From Octopus sinensis (lineage: Eukaryota): DNA of 7,915 bases. The notes beneath the pieces are model-generated. The model was not told the origin of the DNA. It made no database searches and saw nothing but the letters and a program-made list of their open reading frames with translations. The position numbers and the translations under genes are program-made. Numbering within the stretch: position 1 is the first letter of the stretch; each line of letters opens with the position of its first letter. Location of the stretch: positions 1 to 7,915 of the forward strand of contig NW_021828690.1 of assembly GCF_006345805.1 (NCBI RefSeq), given 5' to 3'. Below are positions 7,316 to 7,915 of this stretch, piece after piece.

Positions 7316-7915
7316 GCGTCAAGATCTTCTTAAGCTGGGCACCTCGTTCTCCCCCTCTCCAGAATCGTAGTCCGTCGAAGCGACAATCCTGCAAAGGTCC
7401 AAGACGTGTCGCGGCATTCCATCCACGGATACGTTGTTTCTGGAATTGACCGCCGTCACCGTTCCTCTGCTCCATTGAGACGTACAGCGCGCCTTTGGTG
7501 GCTTAACCCAGACTTCCTCCCCTATTTTTCGCGAACGGGTCCCTTCTCTTCCTCGTGACCCTCCGGCGCTTTGCTCGGGTGCCACTATCATATTTGAAAC
7601 ACAGCTCTCTGCGGCACAGATCCTCAGCTTGTCCGGATCGGGGAGACAAGTTGTACAAAAAACTGCTTCAAGCGGCGAAATGTGCCCTCTTTCGCGCTAT
7701 GGCCTTGACTGTCCGATAGTGCCTCTCCACGATCCCGTTACCGCGGGCCTATACGTTGCTCTGAAAAAACGACGCACATTCCACCGATCAAGCATAACCC
7801 TCAATGCTTCCGAACGAAACGCCGCCTCGTTTGTCCATCAGTAGTTCTTCCAAGGGAAATCCTCTCTATAAAAATATCCCGTTCTGGATCTGCGCGATCT
7901 CGTCAGCAATGCCCG
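7256..7915 (-). pseudogene. pol: Decayed retrotransposon integrase (catalytic core plus C-terminal domain)
   Basis: Reconstructed translation LEELLMD(N)EAAFRSEALRVMLDRWNVRRFFRATYRPA(G)NGIVERHYRTVKAIA has D (7835-7833) and E (7727-7725) at D-x35-E spacing across two compensating frameshifts. It continues SPLEAVFLYNLSP, then IGEEVWVKPPKARCTSQWSRGTVTAVNSRNNVSVDGMPRHVLD (track ORF 7319-7591) and the tail LRRS*RARRPxGWMVDY. In-frame stops at 7868-7866 and 7321-7319. Confidence 0.88.

Larger units (their letters stand above)
6689..7915 (-). mobile_element. 3' part of a Ty3/gypsy-like LTR retrotransposon, continuing beyond the window
   Basis: Integrase remnants, stop codon, purine-rich tract and TG...CA LTR occur in canonical order. 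GC content rises sharply at 6689. Confidence 0.88.

Noticed and set aside
7222-7449. Chimeric plus-strand ORF (transposase EKKRISEDGLQ fused to antisense integrase sequence)
   Set aside because: It has a non-ATG (TTG) start, only 12 transposase codons, and the remainder is antisense to pol. It is a by-product of the insertion junction.
7604-7627. Second CUGAGGA plus 4-bp hairpin (UCUG/CAGA) on the minus strand as a possible hammerhead
   Set aside because: It is followed by GAGC rather than GAAA, has no stems I or III, and lies within integrase coding sequence.

Overview
This is AT-rich, microsatellite-dense eukaryotic DNA, most likely intronic or intergenic. The SINE families resemble those I recall from Octopus; that is an inference, not a database result. 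I can support no intact host gene, and most ORFs in the track are microsatellite artefacts. The left 5.8 kb holds four SINE copies or fragments, a small hAT-like MITE with an 8-bp TSD, and a compound simple-repeat array of about 2 kb. The right 1.9 kb is a layered stack on the minus strand: (i) a 40-nt Penelope-type minimal hammerhead ribozyme motif (6055-6094); (ii) a decayed hAT/Buster-type transposase (about 6180-6688); (iii) the 3' end of a Ty3/gypsy-like LTR retrotransposon inserted into that transposase (LTR 6689-6968, PPT, decayed integrase running off the window). The most striking structure is a templated inverted insertion. A 218-bp inverted copy of the neighbouring transposase (6298-6518) sits at 7041-7258, flanked by a 60-bp direct duplication, with 4-nt and 3-nt microhomologies at the junctions. 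This creates a roughly 97%-identical long hairpin around the LTR.
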